DNA of 64,000 nt, from assembly GCA_951406725.2 (NCBI GenBank), contig OX597833.1, forward strand, positions 34,968,001 to 35,032,000, in the 5' to 3' direction. Positions 51,373-64,000 of this stretch are shown here, piece by piece. The notes beneath the pieces were generated by a model. It did not search any database. It had not been told where the DNA came from and was given only the letters and a program-made list of their open reading frames with translations. How positions within the stretch are numbered: the stretch's first letter is position 1; the number at the start of each line of letters is the position of its first letter. The DNA is from Octopus vulgaris. Its lineage: Eukaryota. The translations under genes and the position numbers were made by a program.

Positions 51373-51805
51373 TAGGCGCAGGAGTGGCTGTTTGGTAAGT
51401 AGCTTGCTAACCAACCACATGGTTCCGGGTTCAGTCCCACTGCGTGGCATCTTGGGCACGTGTCTTCTGCTATAGCCCCGGGCCGACCAATGCCTTGTGA
51501 GTGGATTTGGTAGACGGAAACTGAAAGAAGCCTGTCGTATATATGTATATATATATATAAGTGTGTGTGAATATGTTTGTGTGTCAGTGTTTGTTCCCCT
51601 AGCATTGCTTGACAACCGATGCTGGTGTGTTTACGTCCCCGTAACTTAGCGGTTCGGCAAAAGTGAGTGATAGAATAAGTACTGGGCTTACAAAGAATAA
51701 GTCCCGGGGTCGATTTGCTCGACTAAAGGCGGTGCTCCAGCATGGCCACAGTCAAATGACTGAAACAAGTAAAAAGAATAAAAAGAGTAAAAAAGAGTAA
51801 AGAGT
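51373..51805 (+). mobile_element. SINE family A, full length
   Basis: GGCGCAGGAGTGGCTG head through GACTGAAACAAGTAAAAAGA tail. Confidence 0.95.
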
Positions 51806-51980
51806 ACGTATGCACGGATCCTGTCAGCGTGTGCATTTGTCCTCTTGTGTGTGTATGGTACGTGAGTGTATGACTGTGTGTGTATGTGTGAATGTGTGTG
51901 TGTGCGTGCGTGTGTGTGAGTATGCGTAAACATTTTAATTAATCTTCTACAAGCAGGTATAAATGAAATGCGTATCACCA

Positions 51981-52090
51981 CGCCACGCTACGCCACGCTA
52001 CGCCACGCTACGCCACGCTACGCCACGCTACGCCACGCTACGCCACGCTACGCCACGCTACGCCACGCTACGCCACGCTACGCCACGCCA
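51981..52090. repeat. (CGCCACGCTA)n decamer tandem repeat, 10 perfect units plus one variant
   Basis: Directly visible. Confidence 0.98.
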
Positions 52091-52179
52091 GGAATCTTCG
52101 TCCTTCATTAACATTCGTAGATGCACAAATTCATATAGTATTCCTCTTTTGATGACATCAATATAGTGGAGTAATCTTA

Positions 52180-52620
52180 TGTCGCAGACTATAACAAAGA
52201 CTCACTCGTCAGTAACCTGTTAACCTGGAATGTCAGATCACAATATCTGGCGTTCAAGCATTTCAAAGTTATTACAGTTGGCCCTATTCAGGATGTGTGC
52301 AGGGAGCATTCTTCTCTATGGAGCTGAAATTTAGAATACGAAGAAGATTGAAGATTACCTTGAATACATACACTAGGTTTACTATGCGGGGCTCAGAACA
52401 TCACATGCTGTGAACACAAGACCGATCAAAGAGGCAAATTATCACTACATTTCACCCATCTCTACTATTTTTACTCAATGCAGTATGTGGGTTGCTAGCA
52501 CATCTCTCGAGCAGAACATCAAGGTATACTGAATGCTATATTTTGGAAACTTCCATTCTCTAAAAGAGGACGAAGTCCACTCCAGTAATCTATCTCATTC
52601 GTGTCTCATTTACCGAAGGA
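52180..52620 (+). mobile_element. RTE-type LINE relic (region C-terminal to the RT)
   Basis: IWRSSISKLLQLALFRMCAGSILLYGAE resembles the RTE IWKS...LKLRLFRA.VESILLYG.ETW block. Confidence 0.7.
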
Positions 52621-52629
52621 GTCAACGAT

Positions 52630-52960
52630 AATTTACAAAGAAATAAACCAAGAGTTCTGAACCATTTTTTCTTTATCTCTGGACTATTCAGATTACTATT
52701 TTAATCTGGTGGCCCCTCACCCAACATAGCCATTCGATGTTTAAAAACTAGTTTTCTAGAAAAATCTTTCAAAATTGCAATTTTGTTTTTCACACATTCA
52801 CACAGGTTGAACTAGGTAAAATTTTAGAGAAAGAAACCCAGCTGCTTCTTGCAATACATTCTAACACATACATCCAAAGCAAAATTTTTCCAGGAGGCCC
52901 TTAAAATACTATTGTGGATCCTCAATTTATTATTTTGTTGCGTGGACCCCAAAATCTTAA
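52630..52960. mobile_element. Degenerate hAT MITE related to 3444-3699
   Basis: GTTCTGAACCATTTTT start, CATTCGATGTTTAAAAA and GGACCCC motifs; right TIR lost. Confidence 0.5.
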
Positions 52961-52972
52961 ATGGTCTTTCAT

Positions 52973-53029
<57 letters not shown>

Positions 53030-53052
53030 TACAGTGTATATACAATTGGACA

Positions 53053-53118
<66 letters not shown>

Positions 53119-53698
53119 TGTGTGTGTATGCGTGTGTGTGTATCCTGAACATCGTCAGCGACGAAGTTCTTGAGAAATGAATCATGGCGATTCTCTACAA
53201 ATATATTATTTGAAAGACGACGTTTATCTTTATAACAGAAGATACATGCTTCAAAGAAAGTTTTACCTCTCACAGAACCTTGACAAACAATGTTCGGAGT
53301 AGAACTTCGAGATAAACAGACGTTCTTGGTTTTCTACGCTGAGCGTTGATATAGACGATGTTCTGCCTTAAAATTCTTGAGTGTCCAACATACAGCTGTC
53401 AACGAAGAGAAGCAGGACTCCTTCAGCTGCGGTCGTACTTATATATAATGAAAGCTTCGGCTATGCTGAGCACTGTCTTCAAAGATTTCGTTGATTAACG
53501 TTGATTCCAGTACATATGTCAGTTTCGTACATAATTTTATGTACTCCAGTAGCCGAAATGCTAAATTAGGAACAAAAAAAAAAAGAACACTCAAGGAAGC
53601 AGACATAAATATTATCTGAATTTAGAATCAATAATCAGAAACATATACACACACAAAATTGCAATCTGAAATTCTCAAAGTCATCTCGATAACTGCGC

Positions 53699-53762
<64 letters not shown>

Positions 53763-53917
53763 ATACATATTTTGTATATATACACATATTTGCTTAAATG
53801 TTTGTAAATATATGTAGATGTTTATATATATATATGTGAGTGTATATATAAATACACACACACACACACACACATATATATGTGTGTGTATGTGTGTGTC
53901 TATGCATGTATATATGA

Positions 53918-53957
<40 letters not shown>

Positions 53958-54645
53958 CAGAATTGTAGTGTGCAAGCAAATAATTTCTTCGGAGTCTGCA
54001 TGTTGAAACAGTCCTTTACATTGTGGAAGGACCACTTTATAGCATTTTGAAGATTGTAGTCCAAGATACATTGTGCCTAATAAAAGAAACAAGAAAAAGT
54101 TGGGTTGGTCGCGCCTGGAAATACTTCAATGGTAGGTCAACTAGATTAGGACACCGTTAGGACTTAACAATGACAGCATTAACACTAACAAGAACAACAA
54201 ACAATTGCTTTTTCCTGTTTCATTCTCTTTATTTTTTTTGTAGCGTTATATAGGTTTGTATGGGTCTTATATATTATTATAATATACGTGTATTAATGAC
54301 AAACTATTTATTGTAAGAAATATTGTACAGATAGGTGTGTATATATGTATGAGTGTGCGTATAAATGAGTGTGTATATGTGTGTGGGTGTATATGAGTCA
54401 GTGTGTGGATGTTGTGGAACTATAGGCAGTGACCTGAAGGAGAAATGGGCGCCAAAGAGTTTTATTATTCCTCGGAACACCTCATCTGAGATATATCTAG
54501 GACCTTAAGCATTTAATGTCTGTATCTGTGTATGTTGCATGTAATAGGAATTGTATAATCTCACATATGTGTGTGATTAATTACACAAATCCCATAGATG
54601 TATATTTCTATTTACGTATGAATATATGTACATATTAATGTATTA

Positions 54646-54689
<44 letters not shown>

Positions 54690-55224
54690 ATATATATGTG
54701 TATGTCTATATATATATTCTCAATATATACATATATTCATACACATACATATATGTACATGTATGTCTTTCTCTGTATGAATGTATGTGAATGGGGTTTC
54801 TGCATTTATATAGATATACAAAGAGAATGCACATGCATATTATATTTGTAACTGCCTATAGATATACGTATATGTTTGTATATCTTTATACAATTAAAAA
54901 AATACCTATTATATATACCGCATATTTCATATTTGAAATCTCTTTCTGTTTCTTCATCTCGAATTGCTTGAAGAATTCTCTTTGAAATGCATCCAACAGC
55001 CAGCCATTCGGCATGGCTGGCTTCATATGATGTTTATTGTACGGAACCAAACCAATGATAGCACCAATGTATAAAACAATTTATTATTTTATATTTTCTT
55101 TTCTTTAGAAATGGTGTATGATCAACGTGACATTTATCTAAAATTTTCATAGTTTTGTCTGTCTTTATAATTTTTCACATTTTTAATTTCCTTTTTTTGT
55201 TGCTTTGGTTATATTTTATTTTTA

Positions 55225-55620
55225 TGTTTTGCCTTTTACATGTTTCAGTTATTAGAGTGTGGCCATGCTGGGATACTACCTTGAATAATTTTTTGTCGAA
55301 TGAATCAACCCCAGAACGTTATTTTAAAAATCTTAATACTTATTCTATCTGTTTCTTTTGCCGAACATTTAACTACGGGGACGTAAACACACCAACTCCG
55401 GTTGTCAAGCGGTGGTGAGGGACTAACACAAACACTCTATCTCTCTCTCTCACACACACACAAACAAACACCTACCCACAAACACACACACTCTCACACG
55501 CACACACATGTATCACGGCCTCGTTCAGTTTCAGCTTACTGGATCTAGTCACAAGGCTTTGATCGACCCAAGGTTATAGGAGAAGGCACTTACCTAAGGT
55601 GCCACGCCAAAACCATGTCG
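55225..55620 (-). mobile_element. SINE family A, diverged
   Basis: GGCCATGCTGG...TACGGGGACGTAAACACACCAAC...CACAAGGCTTTG. Confidence 0.85.
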
Positions 55621-55989
55621 GCAGTGGGATCCTCTGGAAGCACTCTCTTCCTGATGACCTCCCATACAACTCCAAAAATAGCCAGACTAACATACTTCAA
55701 ATAACACCTGGATGTTAAACGCTCAGCATATCAAAAGAGGAATATGCATGAATGTATTTCCTGAAGATTTGAAGAAGACAGTAGTATCAAGCTAAAGCGT
55801 AGCATCTCTTGGACTAATGACCACTTATCACATCACATTTCGAAGGCTATAAATTTACAATCCCAAAACTGGAGATTGCTACGAAATACCTGATAAATAA
55901 ATGGCAGTAACGCCCTTGGAGCTCCATGTTGCCACCAAAAATGTAGACTACGTCACATTTCTCTGTAAGACATCATACATATAATTAGC

Positions 55990-56294
55990 AAGACGCCTGT
56001 CTGTGACGTCCTGTTTTTGTTATTATTGTTATTACTATTATCATTATTGTTTTTACGTATTTTTGTATTCTTATTCGTGCAACATCGTCCGTTTTTCCGT
56101 CTTTGTTTTGTATACATTCGAAGCTTTCTTCCAAGGAATCTAATGCGCTTGGCTTAGATTTTCATTTGGGGCTGGCCAGGTCGGAGCAATCTCAAAATTA
56201 ATCAGCCGAAATTGCGAGGATGATCCGGTTCTTGACTGAAGATCGAAGGCTTTTTTGTATCGTCTTCTAAATGTTTTACGTTCTTGTCCCAGTT

Positions 56295-56297
<3 letters not shown>
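55990..56297 (+). mobile_element. Family C element ending at (TA)n
   Basis: Colinear with the reverse complement of 15395-15690 (AATCAGCCGAAATTGCGAGGATGATCCGGTTCTTGACTGAAGAT). Confidence 0.85.
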
Positions 56298-56338
<41 letters not shown>

Positions 56339-56456
56339 GGCGGTGCATCAGCATGGCCGCAGCTCTGAGCTGAAACTAGAAAAAAAAATATATACACACA
56401 TACATACATACACACATACATACATACGTACATACACACATACATACATACATACA

Positions 56457-56551
<95 letters not shown>

Positions 56552-56559
56552 GGGATCTA

Positions 56560-58730
56560 TAGGTACCCCAAGCATCACTTATCTACTTCCAAGGATGCTT
56601 CAAAGAAGTCAAAACGTTAGTATCAAACAATGCAAGTCTAGCAACATTTTATAATGGTAGACAATTTTATCCTTCGTTCTGTATTGGTTTTTGAATACCT
56701 TGAAGCCAGATATTTGCAACTCCATTTCGAACAAAACACCAACAGAGGCGCTTTTCTATTTTGTCATTGATTTTATTTTTCCTATCTCAAGTTGTGCTTG
56801 ATCTGACGGGATACCTGAAAATCCTGTTGAACCTAGTATTGAGCAACCATGGTAGCACTTCATATTATCACAGTCGAAAAATCCGCCTGTCGAAATAATC
56901 CAGCATTGCAATCTTGGTAAGTTACTGCGGTGGATTAAATGTTTTGATAGTTTTCGGCTTCATTGTTCGACATTTTTTGATTAAAATCACTGACATCACC
57001 TCATCCATTTGACAATATGTACCTGCATAAAGTGAACAGGAGTGAAACCAAACATGATCTATCATTTGTGAACTGAGCCTTGACTCTTAATGCTTCCGTA
57101 ATAAAAGCGACTCGTCAGCTGTTTGAGGACAATCTCATTTATACGTGCTAACCACACCTACTATGATTCACAAGTGAGAGAAAAACACTCATAAAAAAAA
57201 ATAAAGAGAACCATCAAAATATTAATAGGCTAAAATATTGCCACCATCGGCACCTTTCTCACGGGCAATAAGTACACCAGAATAAATAAAAAAAGTAACT
57301 TCCTCAGAACTGCATGACATTTCTCATTCATAAGCAAAGGACTACCGGGGAAGCCTAGGCAACTGAAAATCCTAATGTCTTCTATTCGTTTGTAACTAAA
57401 GTATAGGACTACTTTTTCATCCATCGGCCCATTGATACTTTTTACATGTTGCCAAAGAGGTCAAGATTCTGTAGAATGAAAACTGATCTGTCCTCAATGA
57501 TTCTGATGCGGTTGACTAAGGCAGCATTGATGAAGTAAATATACAAAATATCTTCCCTGATGTAACTTACGTTACTGCTGATATCATTACGACAATTCTG
57601 AATATTAAACCCAATTCAGCTGTAGCCTTTGCCGATCCCTCGCTGGTGTCCTGAAAGAGACAGTCCGATCTTATGATGACCGCATATTAAATTATTCGAG
57701 AATGTGAGATGAAAAAAATAACTGCGTTCCTAGAGAAAAAAATCTACTTGATCTCAACCAACATGGTTTGCAAGGTGGCAGACACTGCTTAACTTAGCTT
57801 CTTTATCATTTGTATGGTATTCTACACGATCTGGACGAGAGCTACACTACAAATGTCATTTATCTTGACTTCACTGAAGCTTCCGACAGAACTGATAATA
57901 GAACACTGCTGAAGAAATAATCCAGCATTGCAATCTTGGTAAGTTACTGCGGTGGATTAAATGTTTCCTGATAAATAAAACCCAATATGTTGTGATCGAT
58001 GGAATTTACTCAAAACCAGCAAAGGTCATTAAGTAGCGTAAGGTGTTAGGTCCACTTCCGTTTATTATTTATATAAATGACATCAAACATGAAATAGAAT
58101 TAAAGCTCCAGAATATCATCAAGACAGTATGTAACCAAAAACAGTTCTAATCCAATCTATATTCTGTGATTTTATGGGAATAATCTAAACCACGACCACC
58201 CCCAACAAGAAAAACAAACAAACAAACTGCATGCTGTTAAATGAGGAAAAACTTCGAGCTCTCCATTTTGGAAATATACTTAAACAGCCATAATTTTTTT
58301 CTTCAGGTGAGTTACTCGTAGTGTCAAAGTGCAAGTATGAACATAACTGCGACTCTAGACAAATACCTCAACCGAAGTGCACACATCAATAATGCAATCG
58401 ATGTGGCGCACAGGACGTAACACTGAGTCCTTCGAACCTTCTCGTCCAGATGTTCTGATGCCATCATTCCTCTCTACGTTGACCAAGTCTTACCTTGAAC
58501 ATTGCTGTCCATTACGGTCTCCGTATAACTGACGCACTTCATTCAGAGATCCAGAAATTTGCAACTCCATTTCAAACAAAACACCAACAGAGGCGCTTTT
58601 CAATTTTGTCATTGATTTTATTTTTCCTGTCCCAAGTCGTGCTTGATATAACGAGATACATGAGAATCATGTTGAACCTAGTATTGAGCAATCATGCTAG
58701 CACTCTTCATATTATCACAGTCGAAGGATC
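56560..58730 (+). mobile_element. Old rearranged CR1/L2-like LINE RT relic
   Basis: QHGLQGGRHCLT*L, VIYLDFTEASDRTDNRTLLKK and VLGPLPFIIYINDI at 57755-58085; internal duplications. Confidence 0.75.
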
Positions 58731-58737
58731 AAAAATC

Positions 58738-58930
58738 ACTTGACAACCGTTTTTGGTGCGTTTACGTCCTCATATCCTAGCGGTTCGGCAAAGAGTGAAA
58801 ATTGAATAAGTACCAGAGTGAAAAGAAATAAAAGAGTACTGGGACCTATTCGTTCGACCAAACTTCTTCAAGGCGGTTCTCCAGCAAGGCTGCAGTCTAA
58901 TGACTGAAAGAAGTAAAAGATAAAAAAATA
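58738..58930 (+). mobile_element. SINE family A 3' half
   Basis: CTTGACAACCG...CTAGCGGTTCGGCAAA...AATGACTGAAA. Confidence 0.85.
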
Positions 58931-59280
58931 AAGATAATGCAGAATGTATTGGACACAATTGAAATTTTAAAGAAATGAATATATTTCCTTTCTGCAACCA
59001 ACAATGGTAAATTTTTCACCTATTTTAACACAGTTATAGTCGTTGATACTGTAGCACAGGCCTCAGATTCAGAAAAAAAATCATAGTTTTTACTGATGAC
59101 CGTTATGCAATCACTGAAGATTTGAGAATGTAATCTGCTTACAGATTTTTCCTTATGTAACTGATATTTTCCATTTGTAATGGAATACGGGTAAGGTGGC
59201 GTGCGTGACATGACCAAAACATTTATGAACAAACATTCCTGTATGATTTGGCTTTTGTGGTAATGTATATGTGTACACAA

Positions 59281-59364
<84 letters not shown>

Positions 59365-59444
59365 ACACACATACACTCACACACACTCACACACTCATAT
59401 ATACATGCATACACACACATGTGTATATTTATGAAACAAAAGGG

Positions 59445-59543
<99 letters not shown>

Positions 59544-59632
59544 TTATCTATTTATCTATCTATCTATCTATTTATCTAATTATCAAACTATATATGTCTA
59601 TATATATATATAAAGAGAGAGATATGCATGTA

Positions 59633-59718
<86 letters not shown>

Positions 59719-60066
59719 GGCACATGCATACACACTCATACAATCACTCACACAGATACATACACGCACACTCACACAATCACAAACACACACACATACC
59801 TTTAAACAAATATACGTACGTATAAGCATACACATATGCTCCCATGCGTAATCCATCTGATTTAGTAGAAGAATGACATTATTTTGTTTCGAAAAAAGAA
59901 AAAAGAAAAAAGAACAACCATCAACAACCATTTGCCATTTCGTGAGATTGTAGACCAAAGACACTGAGACTCACATGACACGTCTCAAGAATATATTATA
60001 TATAATACATACACATGCATACGCACGCACACACACACACACACACACACATGCATGCAGACACAC

Positions 60067-60109
<43 letters not shown>

Positions 60110-60110
<1 letters not shown>

Positions 60111-60971
60111 AGGGTGGCCCAAAGTCACTGAGGGATTGCAAATTTTGATAATTCTTTTTATTTTCTGACATTTTTCTTTTCTTTTCGGAGATTATATGGA
60201 TAAGATCCTGGAAATTAATCAGAGAAAAATATGGCACCACACAATGCACCCATGTGGTGAAATTTCTTTCAGAATTAGGGGTCAATTATTCAAACCCGAG
60301 AGCATATCGTTGGCATTTTGAAGGGAAAAATACCCCAAGTGTAAACACGGTTAGGAACTTAGGCTGTCGCTTTAAAAAACAAGAGGCAGTAAATGATCTC
60401 CCCCGATCTGGGAGATCTCGCACTGTCAGAACCAGTAAGGCAAGGGAATGAGTGCGAGAGAATATTGAACAGAATACGGGAACGTCGACTTGAAGGCGGT
60501 CCGGACAACATGAGATTTCGTTGTAAAGGGTTCTCAGTAGCCTTAACCTTTTTCCATACAAGGTACGGTAGGCCCAACAGTTGAAGCCCAAGGACTATGA
60601 ACACGGGTTCTAAAATGCTGTCAGAATTCAGGAATTGTCACGAATTGACACAAATTTTACATTAACATTGCCCATGTCTGCTGAAGCTCAGTTTCATCTG
60701 AATGGGTTCGTCAAGAGATAAAATTGCCGGTTTTGGGATTTTCAGAATTCGTGAGCACTGCACCAAAGAGAATTACACCTCATAAAGTGTGAAACTGAAA
60801 ATGGATGCCATTTAAAAGATGTCATTTTTCATCCGTATGACGAAAAAGAACAATTGCAAATTAAATATCCCGTTATCTCCTCTATATTGAATTAACATTT
60901 CTTACACATATTTCTAAAAACAAGGGAACTGTTAAAAATTAAAACCCATCAGAGAATTCTGGGTCACCTTG
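60110..60971 (+). mobile_element. Internally deleted Tc1/mariner element, DD41D (rosa)-like
   Basis: TPSVNTVRNL..RFK...VNDLPRSGRSRTVRT; SAEAQFHLNGFVKR*NCRFW (cf. FSDEAHFHLNG.VNKQNCR.W); C-terminal GCHLKDVIFH; degenerate TA-flanked TIRs AGGGTGGCCCA / TGGGTCACCTTG. Confidence 0.8.
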
Positions 60972-61098
60972 TATATGTACACATAAACATACTTACATAT
61001 ACTAATATCTGAAGGCATATATTTATAACGGAATTGTTGTAAAAAATATATATGTATATGTGTATGTATGTTTGTGTGTGCATATATATATGTATATA

Positions 61099-61176
<78 letters not shown>

Positions 61177-61196
61177 AATATATATATATAAATATG

Positions 61197-61243
<47 letters not shown>

Positions 61244-61356
61244 TGCATACATATATTTATATGTGCATGCATGAATTTATAACTGTATACTGGTAAGAAA
61301 TTGGCGGTGCTCCTGCATCACCACAGCCTTAGGATTGAAAATGTAGAATAATAAAG

Positions 61357-61392
<36 letters not shown>

Positions 61393-61479
61393 TATATATA
61401 AGTGCACGCATATGTATATATATATATACACACATATATATATATATATACTTATATATATACGTATACATAGATATGC

Positions 61480-61520
<41 letters not shown>

Positions 61521-61521
61521 G

Positions 61522-61553
<32 letters not shown>

Positions 61554-62049
61554 TACATAGATACACTCTTGTTTCTGCAGGAGTATATATTTCACTACAT
61601 ACATGCATATATATGTATACATGCACACTCACAAACGCTCACGGCCGCGCGCACACACTCACACGCACGTGGGCATGCACGCATACAAATATATCAACTC
61701 AAGTGCTTATATATACGTATTAATATATTAATGTATATACTCATTAATATATATGCATACCTTTATATATACATGCCTATGCACATATATATGCACATAT
61801 ATTTAATTTGAGATTATGCAGTATATGTATTTATATATAAATTTATATATATATAGATATATATATACACATATATATATACATATATACACACACACAC
61901 TAATATATATATATATATTTATATATATATATATATACAAAACAATACATATATGTATATATACATATACATAGATATGCTTACATACGCATATATATCA
62001 ATATATGTATATGTACAAACAAGTATGTATATATAGATAGATATGAAAG

Positions 62050-62178
<129 letters not shown>

Positions 62179-62242
62179 GGAGTAAACACATAAATGTGAA
62201 ACAAGGTGGAAAAAAGAGTACTCAAATACCAGTGGTAGAGTA

Positions 62243-62347
62243 ATATGCTTTATTTTAAGCAGCAGAAAATTCAACAAAATCTGTTACTCTGATGAACGGC
62301 AACGAGAAACTTTTGTTGAATTTTCTGCTCCTTAAAATAAAGTATAT
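62243..62347. repeat. Foldback with a hammerhead-core sequence in the spacer
   Basis: 37-bp inverted arms 62243-62279 / 62311-62347 enclosing CTGATGA-ACG-GCAA-CGA-GAAAC. Confidence 0.85.
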
Positions 62348-62351
62348 ATTA

Positions 62352-62520
62352 CAGCTTAGTTTTTTTTCTTGGGGCTGGCCGAGTTGGAGCAAATATCAGA
62401 ATTGAACAGCCGAAATTTGCTATGATGGTTCGGTGTCTGACTGAAGATTGAAGGCTTCGAATGATTTGTCTGTGTTCCGTGTTCGTCCCTTCCTGTGTTT
62501 CACGTTCATTATATATAAAA
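62352..62520 (+). mobile_element. Family C fragment
   Basis: GCTTAG...GGGGCTGGCC...CAGCCGAAAT...GACTGAAGATTGAAGGCTTCGAATGA. Confidence 0.8.
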
Positions 62521-62569
62521 ACATTCATTCTTATATATATATATATATATATAATGCTCTCTGTCTCTA

Positions 62570-62670
<101 letters not shown>

Positions 62671-62800
62671 AATGATAGAATGGAGTCGAACGACGATTTA
62701 ACAAAATTCCTTTATTCTCGACATATGTTTCTGACGTGAATTTGCTACCCGGGTATCGGTTAACCGAATTATCCATACTAGGATAATTCATTCAACTACT

Positions 62801-62892
<92 letters not shown>

Positions 62893-63058
62893 CATGCATG
62901 TATGTATGTATCTATGTATTTGTCTATCTATCTATCTATCTATATATATATTTATATATACATACATACTTACACACACATATATATGTATATATATATA
63001 TATGTATGTATCTGTATATATGTATTTATGTATGTATGTTTGTATGTATATATTTATA

Positions 63059-63103
<45 letters not shown>

Positions 63104-63171
63104 TTTTACTTATTTCAGTCATTTGACTGCGGCCATGGTACTTACCACACGCCCACTGCTATATATACATA

Positions 63172-63343
63172 TAGGTGCAGGAGTGGCTGTGTGGTAAGTA
63201 GCTTGTTTACCAACCAAATTGTTCCGCGTTCAGTCCCACTGTGTTGTAGAAGACACTATAGTAGTAGTGTCTTCTACTAAAGCCTCGGCCAACCGATGTC
63301 CTATGAGTGGATTTTGTAGACGGAAGCTGAAAGAAGCCCCTCT

Positions 63344-63378
<35 letters not shown>

Positions 63379-63625
63379 GCATGTGGGGTGTGTGCGTGTG
63401 GTATGTGTGTGTGTATGTTTGTGTGTCTGATTGTCCCCCACTATCGCTTGACAACCAATGTTGATATATTTACGTATCTCCTTAACTTAGTGGTTCGGCA
63501 TAAGTGATCGATAGAATAAGTACTAGGATTGCAGAGAATAAGTCCTAGGGTCGATTTGTTCGACTAAAGTCAGTGCTCAAGCATGGCCACAGTCAAATGA
63601 ATGAAATAGATAAAAGAATGAAAAA
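63172..63625 (+). mobile_element. SINE family A, full length
   Basis: GGTGCAGGAGTGGCTGTGTGGTAAG head to GGCCACAGTCAAATGA tail. Confidence 0.92.
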
Positions 63626-63635
63626 AAATAAAATG

Positions 63636-63675
<40 letters not shown>

Positions 63676-63739
63676 AACACCTATGTATGTATGTAAGTAT
63701 ATATATTTCTGTATGTTTGTGTATATATACATAAATATA

Positions 63740-63823
<84 letters not shown>

Positions 63824-64000
63824 TGACATACACACACACAAACCACACACTGACAAACACACACATATTTGTATGTATGAATGTTTGTATGTATGTAAGT
63901 GTATATGTGTATATATATATATACACATATATCACGTATATATATGTATACAACTATGTATATATATATATTTGTATATGCATATGCATATATATATATA

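Overview
AT-rich eukaryotic, gene-poor (intronic or intergenic) DNA saturated with microsatellites ((TA)n, (TATC)n, (TATG)n, (CA)n, (AAT)n, (GAA)n) and transposable elements. The repeat landscape strongly suggests an octopus/cephalopod genome (inference). I find no supportable intact host gene; almost all listed ORFs are microsatellite translations. Identifiable content: three abundant tRNA-derived SINE families plus an older unclassified dispersed repeat; five Tc1/mariner relics (one near-full-length DD34D with TIRs, one foldback built from two 5' ends, one DD41D-like); a Tigger/pogo relic; several hAT MITEs with 8-bp TSDs; a GG...CC foldback element; a probable non-autonomous Helitron; Penelope-like elements (RT plus GIY-YIG); two tandem Tx1/L1-type LINE copies embedded in (TATC)n, one with a twin-priming 5' inversion; RTE-like and CR1/L2-like RT relics; and a 5S rRNA pseudogene. 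The most interesting signal is that the short islands sitting inside (TA)n arrays repeatedly carry type I hammerhead ribozyme motifs (one fully canonical at 28564-28622) and are arranged as partial tandems and foldbacks. This points to several families of (TA)n-associated, hammerhead-bearing Penelope-type elements. All calls are by eye; no searches were run.
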